A stretch of DNA of 64,000 bases from Candidatus Krumholzibacteriota bacterium (lineage in GTDB: Bacteria; Krumholzibacteriota; Krumholzibacteriia; JAJRXK01). This document shows positions 29,059-38,366 of the stretch, one piece after another. The notes under the pieces are model-generated. The model worked only from the letters and a program-made list of their open reading frames with translations, ran no database searches and was not told the DNA's origin. Every line of letters starts with the position of its first letter. The stretch's first letter is position 1. Where the stretch lies: contig JAJDAC010000023.1 in NCBI GenBank assembly GCA_029262065.1, positions 3,828 to 67,827 of the forward strand, in the 5' to 3' direction. Position numbers and translations under genes: made by a program.

Positions 29059-29889
29059 GTGAGCGCCAAAGTCGCCGTGCTTCAGTTCCCCGGTCTGAAT
29101 TGTGAACGCGAAAGCGTTCGCGTGCTGGAGCGCGTAGGCGTGACGGCCGAGCTGGTGCGATGGAACGCGCCCCGGAACGCATTGGCTGAGTACGCCGGGT
29201 TTCTCATCCCCGGCGGATTCAGCTACCAGGATCGTGTGCGGGCCGGCGCGGTTGCGGCGAAGTCGCCATTGCTGGAGCAGCTGGTGCGTCAGGCCGAGCA
29301 GGGCAAACCCGTGCTGGGCATTTGCAACGGAGCGCAGATTCTGGTCGAAGCGGGCCTGGTGCACGGCGGGGCCGCCGGCACGGCGCGCACCGTCGACGTA
29401 GCGCTGGCCCACAACAACATCGAGGGTCGCGAAGGTTATCTTTGCCGATGGGTGTTCGTGCGCGCCGGTGCCACGGCCCGATGTTTCTTCACCGAGGGAT
29501 TGGACGCGCCGTTTCCGGTTCCCATGGCCCACGGCGAGGGTCGGTTTGTCAGTCGCGACTCGGGTTATCTGGACCGTCTGAACGACCGCGAAGCGCTCGC
29601 GCTCACCTATTGTCAACCCGACGGCGCGCCGGCCCAGGGATTTCCCATGAATCCCAACGGGTCGCCGGGCGCGGTGGCCGGTGCTTCAGGGCTCGACGGT
29701 CAGGTGCTGGCGTTCATGCCGCACCCCGAACGCGCGGCCTGGCTGTGGCAGGTTCCCGAGGACATTGCCGGACCGTGGGGTGAGCGTCGACGGGCCGCGG
29801 TCCGCTCGTTCGAGGCGCTCGACGGTGACGGGCCGGGCATGGCCATGCTTCGCAACTTCGCGCGACTTTCCAAGGGCGGTGTGTCGTGA
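29059..29889 (+). CDS. purQ: phosphoribosylformylglycinamidine synthase glutaminase subunit
   Basis: QFPGLNCE, PGGFSYQD, LGICNGAQIL, AHGEGRF, NPNGS, MPHPER. Confidence 0.96.
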   Translation: MSAKVAVLQFPGLNCERESVRVLERVGVTAELVRWNAPRNALAEYAGFLIPGGFSYQDRVRAGAVAAKSPLLEQLVRQAEQGKPVLGICNGAQILVEAGLVHGGAAGTARTVDVALAHNNIEGREGYLCRWVFVRAGATARCFFTEGLDAPFPVPMAHGEGRFVSRDSGYLDRLNDREALALTYCQPDGAPAQGFPMNPNGSPGAVAGASGLDGQVLAFMPHPERAAWLWQVPEDIAGPWGERRRAAVRSFEALDGDGPGMAMLRNFARLSKGGVS

Positions 29890-30509
29890 ACGCCATGGCC
29901 TTGCTCGTGCGGCATCGCTCGGTGGACCTGGTGGCCATGACCGCGCTGCACGCGCTGCGCAGTTCCATGGGCGCTACCGGCTTGATCGACCTGAGGCGGG
30001 ACGATGTGTTCGCGTGGGAAGGCCCCGACCTGGGTGCGCCCGGTGCGTGGATCGAGCGCGCGACGGCCCAGGCCAACTGGTTCAATCCCAACAAGCACCG
30101 CTTCGCCCTCTTCGAGACCGCTCCCGGCGCTCTCGAGGCTGCGCGCACTGACAAGCCGTTTCCCACGCCGTGGTTGGGAGACCTGGTGGCAAGCGATCAT
30201 CCGGCTCTGGAAACCGGGCGATACGGGATCGCCGATTGGCTGGGTCCCCCCGAAGAGGGGTTTGCCGTTACACTCCTGGCGTGGGATCGTGAAATGGGCG
30301 AGGGGTCCTTGCCGGGCCGCCGCTGGCCCGCGGCGCAGACACGCGTCTTGCGGGCCCAGATGTGGACCCTCACGGTGCGCGAAGCGAGCGAGAAGGTCGC
30401 GTTTGAGACAGCCGAGAAACTCGCGATCACGCGAACACGAGACTCTGGACTCCTTGTGCATCCGCACATGGAGGGCTGGTGTTTTCTGCCGACCGGAGCA
30501 ACCGAATGA
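29886..30509 (+). CDS. divergent PurS-like protein with two tandem PurS-type units
   Basis: Coupled by 4-nt overlaps between purQ and purF; DLVAMTALHAL...NPNKHRF and LLVHPHMEGW resemble PurS DPxGxAVxxAL...LLANPVIE. Confidence 0.6.
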   Translation: MNAMALLVRHRSVDLVAMTALHALRSSMGATGLIDLRRDDVFAWEGPDLGAPGAWIERATAQANWFNPNKHRFALFETAPGALEAARTDKPFPTPWLGDLVASDHPALETGRYGIADWLGPPEEGFAVTLLAWDREMGEGSLPGRRWPAAQTRVLRAQMWTLTVREASEKVAFETAEKLAITRTRDSGLLVHPHMEGWCFLPTGATE

Positions 30510-31996
30510 GCGCTGAGCCGAACGAATCGCCGGTGGACTCGCGAGCCGATCGCCTGCACGAGGAATGCGGGATCTTCGCGGTTGCCGGGCATCGCGATGC
30601 GGTATCGCTCACGACCATCGGCCTGGCTGCGCTGCAACATCGGGGTCAGGAGTCAGCGGGCATCGCGGTAAGCGATGGGCACGTCGTGAATTCCTACAAG
30701 AACATGGGATACGTGTCCGACGTTCTGACCGACCAAGCCGTCGAGTCGCTTCGGGGTGATCTGGCGATCGGCCATGTTCGCTACAGCACCACCGGAAGCA
30801 GCAATCGGCTGAACGCACAGCCCATCCAGGTGACCTACAAGGCCGGCGGAATGGCCATTGCTCACAATGGCAACCTGGTGAACGCGGCGTCGCTGCGGCG
30901 CGAGATGGAGGTGGCCGGATCCATATTCAATACTACCAACGACAGCGAAGTCATCCTGCACCTGATTGCGCGCAGCCCCCAGGAGACGCTCGATCGCGCG
31001 TTGGCCGAAGCGCTACGCAAGGTCAGCGGCGCCTACTCGCTGTTGCTGATCGACAAGGACAAGGTGGTGGTCGCTCGCGATCCCAAGGGCTTCCGCCCGT
31101 TGTGTCTGGGTCGGTTGGGAGACGCCTGGATTGCCGCCAGCGAAACCTGCGCTCTCGACATCGTGGGGGCCACGTACGAGCGCGACGTGGAGCCGGGTGA
31201 GATCGTCGTGTTGCACAACGATGGCCGGGTCGATACGTATCGCTTTGCCGAAGAGGCTACCGCCGCCATGTGCATCTTCGAGTACGTGTATTTCAGCCGA
31301 CCCGACAGTTACATCTACGGACGTAGCGTGGACAAGGTGCGCCGTCGGCAGGGAGAAATCCTGGGCCGTGAAGCGCCGTGCGACGCCGATGTGGTTATCG
31401 CGGTGCCCGACAGCAGCAATACATCGTCGTTGGGTTACGCCAGCGTCGCGGGATTGCCGTGGGAGTTGGGGCTCATTCGCAACCACTACGTGGGGCGAAC
31501 GTTCATCCGGCCCAGCCAGGCCATCCGGGATCTGTCGGTGCGCAAGAAATACAACCCGGTGCGACACGTGTTGGAGGGCAAGCGGGTGGTCATGGTCGAC
31601 GATTCGATTGTTCGTGGTACCACGATGCGTAAGCTGGTGAAAATGGTTCGGCTGGCGGGCGCGCGCGAGGTGCACCTGCGGATCAGCTCACCGCCCATCA
31701 CCCATCCCTGTCACTACGGCATCGATACGCCAATTCGGCAGGAGCTGATTGCCAGCAGCCATTCGGTCAAACAGATTGCCAGCTACCTGAACGTGGACAG
31801 CCTGGAGTATCTGAGCGTGGCGGGCCTCATGGAATCCGTGCGGACCACCGAAGGATTCTGCCAGGCTTGTTTCACCGGTCAGTATCCGGTGCGATTCGAA
31901 GAGGTAGACAAGAACGTCTTCGAGTCCCCCCAGTCTGGAACTCCGGCGGCGGTAGCCGAGGATCCCTTCAATCCTGGGTCCAAATCGGCCAAATAG
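30506..31996 (+). CDS. purF: amidophosphoribosyltransferase
   Basis: Propeptide ending EECGIF, LQHRGQESAGI, HVRYSTTG, AHNGNL, CIFEYVYFSRPDS, VDDSIVRGTT, CQACFTGQYP. Confidence 0.98.
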   Translation: MSAEPNESPVDSRADRLHEECGIFAVAGHRDAVSLTTIGLAALQHRGQESAGIAVSDGHVVNSYKNMGYVSDVLTDQAVESLRGDLAIGHVRYSTTGSSNRLNAQPIQVTYKAGGMAIAHNGNLVNAASLRREMEVAGSIFNTTNDSEVILHLIARSPQETLDRALAEALRKVSGAYSLLLIDKDKVVVARDPKGFRPLCLGRLGDAWIAASETCALDIVGATYERDVEPGEIVVLHNDGRVDTYRFAEEATAAMCIFEYVYFSRPDSYIYGRSVDKVRRRQGEILGREAPCDADVVIAVPDSSNTSSLGYASVAGLPWELGLIRNHYVGRTFIRPSQAIRDLSVRKKYNPVRHVLEGKRVVMVDDSIVRGTTMRKLVKMVRLAGAREVHLRISSPPITHPCHYGIDTPIRQELIASSHSVKQIASYLNVDSLEYLSVAGLMESVRTTEGFCQACFTGQYPVRFEEVDKNVFESPQSGTPAAVAEDPFNPGSKSAK

Positions 31997-32031
31997 TCTG
32001 TAATTGGACGTTCTCCGACCGGAAAGCCTTT

Positions 32032-32152
32032 TCTGGTTCCCTGGTCCATCTCATGGCAGTAGGGGGTGGTCCGAGATGTGCTTTCGGACTATCATGGGAT
32101 GGACCGGCCAGCTACCGAACTGCTGATTGCATAGCAAGGTAGCGGAACCGGA
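32032..32152 (+). ncRNA. candidate structured RNA (three-way junction), family not recognised
   Basis: Stems 32032-40/32144-52, 32041-55/32093-107, 32066-76/32082-92 and 32111-16/32138-43; non-Watson-Crick pairs are G-U on the + strand. Confidence 0.5.
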
Positions 32153-32427
32153 CACACGAGGAAGGGTGCCTGAGCCGCTCCGTCGAGCGCGAACGAGCTG
32201 CCCACCAGATCACGATCGTTCCGTCGACGTCGAGTGATTCCTGCGGGAATTCCCCACCCGTCGACTCCGGCCCGCCTTACCCGAAGTGCGGCGGCTCGGT
32301 CCGATACCGGGAACGACGAGGATCTCGTTGCGAGCGCTGGTTCGTCCGCGGACGGTCACGACCTTTTCACCGCTGAATATCTACCGATGGATGAAATATC
32401 CATCGACGAACTGAAACGGGATCGCCC

Positions 32428-34695
32428 GTGAACAATGACCACCCGCGGGTGGCCAACGGGACAAGCCTGGATTCTTCTGCGAGTCATCGGCTCGGTGAAT
32501 TGCTCGACGGTGAGATCTTACCCCGTCTGGAGCGACCGAGCAGGTACGTGGGGCCCTTCGAGCCCAGGGGAATCGTACAACCGGCTGTCCATGCCACCAG
32601 CCTAGCCCTCGTCTGGCCGTCAGTGCCTGAGGGCCACAAACTACCGACCTCGTTGGCACCCCTCACAGCGGCGCTGCGCGTCCGTACCGGCTTGCCCAGC
32701 CCCATAGCTTGCTGTCCCTCCGAAGACCTTCGACGAGAACTCAGCCGCAGCGGCCTACCCTGTTTTACCCGGCCGGCTTGGCGGGACCTTCGCTCGTACT
32801 CCGCCTGGCTGGTCTGGATTGACGAGCCGCTTCAGCTCCTGGGGTTGCTTTCCATCCTGCAGCTTTGCGGCCTGCCGGCCCGTGCCGCCGACCGCTCAGC
32901 CGATGCGCCGAAGTTGTTCCTGACTGGTCCGGGCGTGGCCCTCGCCACCGAGCTGTGTGCCGTGTACGGGCAGCCCATGCCACCGGCCGCGTCGGCGCAG
33001 ACACTGCTGGACGAGATCGCTGGAGCCTCGCACCCGACCCGGTCGATCGCAGGATCAGAAACCGTGATTTCGCCGATCGAATTCGGCGATTCTCCGATCA
33101 ATGGGACGGGCTTCCCCGAAGCGGCCATCGCGACCCGCGTGGTTACCGCGGCCGACCTGGTGCCGCAAGAACCCCACGAAGAATCTGGTGTCACTGAAAT
33201 CCCCCTCTGGGCGGCCAGTCGGCGGTTGCGGGGCGAGCTGGGTCTGGGAACCGACCACCTCGACGAGTGGGTTGATAGGGTTGTTGACGATCCGGCCGGT
33301 CAGATCCACCTGTTGCTGGCTATCGGGCTGCCGGGCGAGACCGACGCCGATCGCGCCAGCGTGGGTCAGCTGATTCACGACCTTCTGGCCAGGCTACCGC
33401 GAACCGCGAAGCAGCTCAGAGTTACCCTGGGTGTCTACGCGCCGAGCGGCCAGGAACTGGCCAATGGCTACATGCCCGCCCCGCCCCATGCGAGCGCGGA
33501 TTGGCTGGGCTCGCTGGGTGACGATCTGCGCCGCCGTAAGGTTCGTCACGCTCTGCCCGATCCCACGGTGGGGTGGACGAATAGTCTGTTGGCCGCGGCG
33601 GGTCCGTCGGCGGCCGAGGCGCTGGGTCGAGTTCATGAGGCGGGGGCCGGTCACGGCGAAACAACCCTGGCGCGAAATCTCGATCTGTGGCACAAAGCGT
33701 TGCAAGTAGATCACTTGTTCGCCGGGCTCGACTCTAGTTCCGACGAACTTTCGACTCTGCCAACCGCCCTCGCGAGGGTTGTGAAGCAGGGCGCATCGAT
33801 CAGTTCCTGGGTTCGCGACGACGCGCATCCGGAGCCGACGGGCTTGGCCCAACCGGCTCCCGCATCGTCGAGGCCCCAACACGACGCGGAGGCGACACGG
33901 CGCGCCCAGCGTCCGGACCCTTCCGGGGGTCGATCCCGCCGTGCCGACGACCGGTGGAAGCGCTGGCAAGCGCTCGCACCTCGCCATTTCGAGTATCGAC
34001 TGGAGTACTCGAAGCGGGGACAAGTGCGATTTCTCGGGCACCGAGAGCTATCGGATCTGATCCTGGAGGCCTGCCGTGGGGCGCAGCTTCCAGTTGCTAC
34101 GGCGGGTATTGTGCAGCCGCGACCGAAGGTTTCCTTCAGTCCGCCGTTGCCGGTCGGTGTCGAGGGCGTGCGCGAATGCGTCGACCTCTGTCTGACGCGG
34201 AAAGAACCCCACATCCAGTCAACGTTGAATGAACAGTTGCCTGAGGGTCTTTGGATTCGAAGAGTCCGTTTCATTCCCTCCGCCACCAGTCGTACAACGC
34301 TGGGCCACGTGGCCCGCGCCGAATACGAGGTGGAGTTGAGCGGAGAACGGGCTCTGGCCGCGGTGCGAGATTGGATCAGCACGCGTGGAACCATGGACCA
34401 AGACGAGGCAGAAACGAAAGAGCACCAGATCTGTACCCTCAACCTGGACGAAACGGGCGAATTGCCGCGGGTGCGCTTCAGCCTGGATCTGACGGTCCCC
34501 CAGGCGAAGCTGCGACCGCTGGAAGTCCTGTCTCTACTGGTGGGCGATCTGGATATCGACATCCGAACTCTACCCATGCGGCGCACGAGCCTACTGGTCT
34601 CTCGCAACGAGGGCGATTCCCCGTTCTGTACCCCAATGGAACAGGTAGAACACGCCTATCGGCAAATGCGAGCCCGAGCCAAGCTCTGTGCCTGA
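32428..34695 (+). CDS. TIGR03960-like radical SAM / TIGR03936 (DUF2344) fusion, degenerate (no CxxxCxxC)
   Basis: ILPRLERPSRYVG, IGLPGETDAD, YSKRGQVRFLGH...PRPKVSFSPPLPVG; typical location directly upstream of rne. Confidence 0.75.
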   Translation: MNNDHPRVANGTSLDSSASHRLGELLDGEILPRLERPSRYVGPFEPRGIVQPAVHATSLALVWPSVPEGHKLPTSLAPLTAALRVRTGLPSPIACCPSEDLRRELSRSGLPCFTRPAWRDLRSYSAWLVWIDEPLQLLGLLSILQLCGLPARAADRSADAPKLFLTGPGVALATELCAVYGQPMPPAASAQTLLDEIAGASHPTRSIAGSETVISPIEFGDSPINGTGFPEAAIATRVVTAADLVPQEPHEESGVTEIPLWAASRRLRGELGLGTDHLDEWVDRVVDDPAGQIHLLLAIGLPGETDADRASVGQLIHDLLARLPRTAKQLRVTLGVYAPSGQELANGYMPAPPHASADWLGSLGDDLRRRKVRHALPDPTVGWTNSLLAAAGPSAAEALGRVHEAGAGHGETTLARNLDLWHKALQVDHLFAGLDSSSDELSTLPTALARVVKQGASISSWVRDDAHPEPTGLAQPAPASSRPQHDAEATRRAQRPDPSGGRSRRADDRWKRWQALAPRHFEYRLEYSKRGQVRFLGHRELSDLILEACRGAQLPVATAGIVQPRPKVSFSPPLPVGVEGVRECVDLCLTRKEPHIQSTLNEQLPEGLWIRRVRFIPSATSRTTLGHVARAEYEVELSGERALAAVRDWISTRGTMDQDEAETKEHQICTLNLDETGELPRVRFSLDLTVPQAKLRPLEVLSLLVGDLDIDIRTLPMRRTSLLVSRNEGDSPFCTPMEQVEHAYRQMRARAKLCA

Positions 34696-34708
34696 AGCAA
34701 GTGAGAAC

Positions 34709-37705
34709 ATGCACAACGAAATCATCATCAACTCCACCGTCAATGAAGTCCGTATTGGACTCATGGAAGACAATGAACTGGTGGAAGTCTCGGTCGAGCG
34801 TTCCGACGGCAAGCGTGTCGTCGGCAACGTATACAAAGGCGTAGTCACCGCGGTTCGTCCCGGACTGCAGGCTGCCTTTGTCGACATTGGAATGGAAAAG
34901 GCCGGCTTCCTGCACGTGAGCGATCTCGTGCACGAAGACAGCAACGAAGACGACGATCCGCCCCCCAGCGCTGGCCGCGGTGGCCGAGGCCGTCCCCCCG
35001 CACGCGGTGGCCGGATGCGCGGGCGCGGTCGTTCGCGCGACCCAATCCGCCCGATTGAAACCCTCATTCGTGAGGGCGACGAGATCCTGGTGCAGGTGAC
35101 CAAAGAGGTCATCGGGACCAAGGGCCCGCGCCTGACGGCCGACATCAGCATGCCGGGACGCTTTCTGGTCATGATGCCCAAGGGCACGCACGTCGGCGTG
35201 AGCCGCAAGATCGAAGATCGCCGTGAGCGGGCCCGGCTGCGGGACCTCCTGTCACGGCTGCGTCCCAAGGGCAGCAAAGAGGCGTACATCATCCGCACCG
35301 CGGGTATTGGCATCGAAGAAAAGATGCTGCAACGCGACATGGAGCACCTGCACGGCCTGTGGCAGTCGCTTGAGCGCAATTCACAGGAGATGAAGGCGCC
35401 GGCGCTGATCCACGAAGACGTGGGCTCGGTCGTGGGTCTGGTGCGCGATATCTTCAAGGAAGACATCAACGCGCTGTGGATCGACAACAAGGACGACTAC
35501 GAAGCGCTCATGCGCTACGTGAAGACGTTCTCGCCCGAGTTGAAGGACCGACTGCGGTTCTACGAGGGCGATGTGCCCATCTTCGACAAGTTCGGCATCG
35601 AAGCCGAAATCAAGAAGAGCCTGGATCGCAAGGTCTGGCTCAGGCGTGGGGGCTTCCTGGTGGTCGAACAGACCGAGGCCATGGTCACCATCGACGTCAA
35701 CACCGGGCGCTACACGGGCAAGAAGAACCAGGAAGAGACCATCTTCCGGACCAACATGCTCGCCGCGCGCGAGGTGCCGCGCCAGCTTCGCCTACGCGAT
35801 ATCGGTGGCATTATCGTCATCGACTTCATCGACATGGAGAGCGAGTCCGATCGCCGCAAGGTGCTCAACGAGTTGCGTACGTACCTCCGGCGTGACCGCA
35901 GTCGCACCAAGACATTTGGCGTGAGCGAGCTGGGTCTGGTGGAAATGAGCCGCCAACGCGTGCGCGAGAGCCTCAAGGACCAGCTCAGCGATCACTGCCC
36001 GTTCTGTCGTGGAACCGGTCAGGTGCTCTCGCTCGAGACGCTTTCGAACAAGGTCGAGCTCCTGCTCACCAAGGTCAACTACAAGACCCGCGAAAAGGAA
36101 ATCCAGATCGTGGCCAACCCTTCGTTGGCCATGGCCCTTCTGGATGATCGCTGGGCCGCCGTTTCCGGAATCGCCAAAGAGTACGGTTTCCGTTTGGACG
36201 TAATCGACGATCCCCGTTTACACCGCGAAGAGTTCCAGATTCGCGCGCTGAAATCGCAAAAGGACCTGGTGCCCGAGCTGGAGGCTTCGGACAAGAAGAA
36301 CGACGGCTATTCCGACGCAAGCCGTCGGGGACGCGGTGAGGCTCGCGCTGATCGATCGCAGAGCACCGATCGTGGTCGCGGCGGTCGTGACCGCGGACCT
36401 CGCGAAGAAGAGGCAGAAGATCGCGGACGCGGACGCCGACGTCGCCGAGGCGCCGAGGGTTCCGAGCGCGATGGCGGACGCGGTCGCTCGGCCAGCGGAA
36501 CCGGTAGAGGTCAACAGGGTGATCAGGACTCGCGCCCCGACTCGCGTGACTCGCGCGGATCTCGCGATTCCCGCAGCTCGCAGGGTTCGCGTAGTTCGCA
36601 GGGTTCGCGTAGTTCGCAGGATTCCCGCGGTTCGCAAGGGTCGACCGATTCGCAGAGCTCGTCGCGTGACAGCCAACGCGGAGCCCCACGGGATCGAGAC
36701 CGGGGCGCGGAATCGCCGCGCGGTGATCGCGGGGCCAGCGAAGTAGCTTCCTCCGAATCGTCCGACGGTTCGCGTCGCCGTCGCCGGCGTCGGCGGGGCC
36801 GGGGCCGAGGCGGGCGATCTGAAGAGGTCGCCACCGGAGCGGCGACAGGCGCCAACGCCGGGAACCGGTCGGACTCGTCGGCGCAGGGCGACCGCGCTCA
36901 ACGTGACGATCGACCCGCCAGGGCGGACCGAGTGGACCGCGAAGACCGTGGTCGATCCGAACGGGTAGACAAGCCCGAGCGGGGAGACAAGCCCGAGCGG
37001 GGAGACAGGCCCGAGCGGGGAGACAGGCCCGAGCGGGTAAGCCGGACCGAGCGCGGCGATCGCTACCGAAGCGATAGAGAGCGCGACGCGGCCCAGGTTT
37101 CGACCGACCGCAATGAACAGAGCGAGGGAGAGACCAGGGGTCGACGCACGTCGCGCGTTCGTCGCGGAGGCCGCTCGGCCGAAGCCGAAGACACCGGACG
37201 TAGCCGAGAGAACGTGGCGGAGGGTGTCCCGGCCGAAGAACGCGCGGTGGAACGTTCCGTCGAGCACGTCGTCGAATCGACGCTGTCAGAAGGCACGGCG
37301 CCAACGCCCGAAGCGACGGAGCGTCACCCACGCGACACCGAGGAAAACACGCAGCGCCGTCGCCGCCGCTCGCGGCGTGGAGGCGTTCGTTCGCGTGGTT
37401 CTTCGTCTGATGATTCTTCGGGTAGTGCGCCGGTCGAGGACAAACCTCGCACACCGTCGCCGCAGGATACACCGCGCCGTGATGGTGGCGCCGCCGCTGG
37501 CCCCGCCGACGCGGCTCCTACGCCGCCCCCGGAGCCAGCTCCCAGTGGAGGCTCCAGCTCAGATCAGCCGCGTCGTCGCCGTCGTCGCCGTCGTCGCACG
37601 TCATCTACGACCCGCAACAGTGGTGATTCCCCGAAGAGTGAGTCCGAGAAGAAAGACGCGCCCTCGCCGCCGCTGGCCATGAGTGCCGACGGAGAGGGCA
37701 AGTAA
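34709..37705 (+). CDS. rne: ribonuclease E/G family with long Arg/Ser-rich disordered C-terminal tail
   Basis: GNVYKGVV..PGLQAAFVDIG, KGPRLT, IDVNTG, QLRLRDIGGIIVIDFIDM, CPFCRGTG; more than 450 aa of low-complexity tail. Confidence 0.95.
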   Translation: MHNEIIINSTVNEVRIGLMEDNELVEVSVERSDGKRVVGNVYKGVVTAVRPGLQAAFVDIGMEKAGFLHVSDLVHEDSNEDDDPPPSAGRGGRGRPPARGGRMRGRGRSRDPIRPIETLIREGDEILVQVTKEVIGTKGPRLTADISMPGRFLVMMPKGTHVGVSRKIEDRRERARLRDLLSRLRPKGSKEAYIIRTAGIGIEEKMLQRDMEHLHGLWQSLERNSQEMKAPALIHEDVGSVVGLVRDIFKEDINALWIDNKDDYEALMRYVKTFSPELKDRLRFYEGDVPIFDKFGIEAEIKKSLDRKVWLRRGGFLVVEQTEAMVTIDVNTGRYTGKKNQEETIFRTNMLAAREVPRQLRLRDIGGIIVIDFIDMESESDRRKVLNELRTYLRRDRSRTKTFGVSELGLVEMSRQRVRESLKDQLSDHCPFCRGTGQVLSLETLSNKVELLLTKVNYKTREKEIQIVANPSLAMALLDDRWAAVSGIAKEYGFRLDVIDDPRLHREEFQIRALKSQKDLVPELEASDKKNDGYSDASRRGRGEARADRSQSTDRGRGGRDRGPREEEAEDRGRGRRRRRGAEGSERDGGRGRSASGTGRGQQGDQDSRPDSRDSRGSRDSRSSQGSRSSQGSRSSQDSRGSQGSTDSQSSSRDSQRGAPRDRDRGAESPRGDRGASEVASSESSDGSRRRRRRRRGRGRGGRSEEVATGAATGANAGNRSDSSAQGDRAQRDDRPARADRVDREDRGRSERVDKPERGDKPERGDRPERGDRPERVSRTERGDRYRSDRERDAAQVSTDRNEQSEGETRGRRTSRVRRGGRSAEAEDTGRSRENVAEGVPAEERAVERSVEHVVESTLSEGTAPTPEATERHPRDTEENTQRRRRRSRRGGVRSRGSSSDDSSGSAPVEDKPRTPSPQDTPRRDGGAAAGPADAAPTPPPEPAPSGGSSSDQPRRRRRRRRRTSSTTRNSGDSPKSESEKKDAPSPPLAMSADGEGK
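36967..37037 (+). repeat. 4 x 18-nt tandem repeat in the rne tail (D[KR]PERG)
   Basis: AGACA[AG]GCCCGAGCGGG(G) at 36967, 36985, 37003 and 37021. Confidence 0.9.
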
Positions 37706-37706
37706 C

Positions 37707-38366
37707 CTAGGGCTGTTGATCCTGGGAGAACAACGGTAGTTCTCCGTCCCGCCGCCCTCCGGCCCCAGCGTTCCGCGCTGGGGCCGCGTTGTTTTGGGGT
37801 TCGGCCATGCCCACGCGAGCACCTACGCTGGTGACGTCGCCGAAGGTCTCGGCGTGTTCCAGTGCCTCCAGGTAGCCCAAAGCACGCTCGAGTTTGGGGT
37901 CTCGCGCCAGTAGTTTCTGGAACCGGGGTCCATGATTGAACACCACCAGGTGGATCAACTCGTGCAGAAGAAGGTGGCGAATTACCCAGCGTGGGTGACC
38001 CATCAGTCGATTGGTGATGCGGATGTGGCCGAACTGCCCGTCGAATGTGCAGCTTCCCCAGCGTTTCTTCTGACGGGCGCTGAACTCGACGCGGAAGGGC
38101 GGAAGTTGTAGCTCGGGTAGGAGCTCGTGCGCCACGGACTCGGCTTCGTCGAGCAGGTCACCCAGGGTCCAGACCGACTTGCGGCGAAGGGTTTGCCACA
38201 GTTGTGCGCGCAGCGAGGTCAGTACCTCGCGCAGGTCAGTCAGATTCATCCGATTCGGCGCGCGGGCCACCAGTGCGCCGTCTTCCAGGGTCAGCTCAAC
38301 CGATCGACGACGGCCTCGGAGTATCTTGATTTCGGCGGGGAACGGATCAGTTCCTTCTAGCTTCAC
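37707..38366 (-). CDS. YgjP/SprT-like (DUF45) zinc metalloprotein
   Basis: RRRSVELT, KKRWGSC, LLLHELIHLVVFNHGPRF. Confidence 0.85.
   Translation of the reverse strand: MKLEGTDPFPAEIKILRGRRRSVELTLEDGALVARAPNRMNLTDLREVLTSLRAQLWQTLRRKSVWTLGDLLDEAESVAHELLPELQLPPFRVEFSARQKKRWGSCTFDGQFGHIRITNRLMGHPRWVIRHLLLHELIHLVVFNHGPRFQKLLARDPKLERALGYLEALEHAETFGDVTSVGARVGMAEPQNNAAPARNAGAGGRRDGELPLFSQDQQP

Noticed and set aside
32000..32170. Known riboswitch (c-di-GMP-I, ykkC/PRPP, ZTP) after purF
   Set aside because: Only short fragments such as GGTAGCGG and GGTCCGAG match; core consensus elements are missing, so it is left as an unknown structure.
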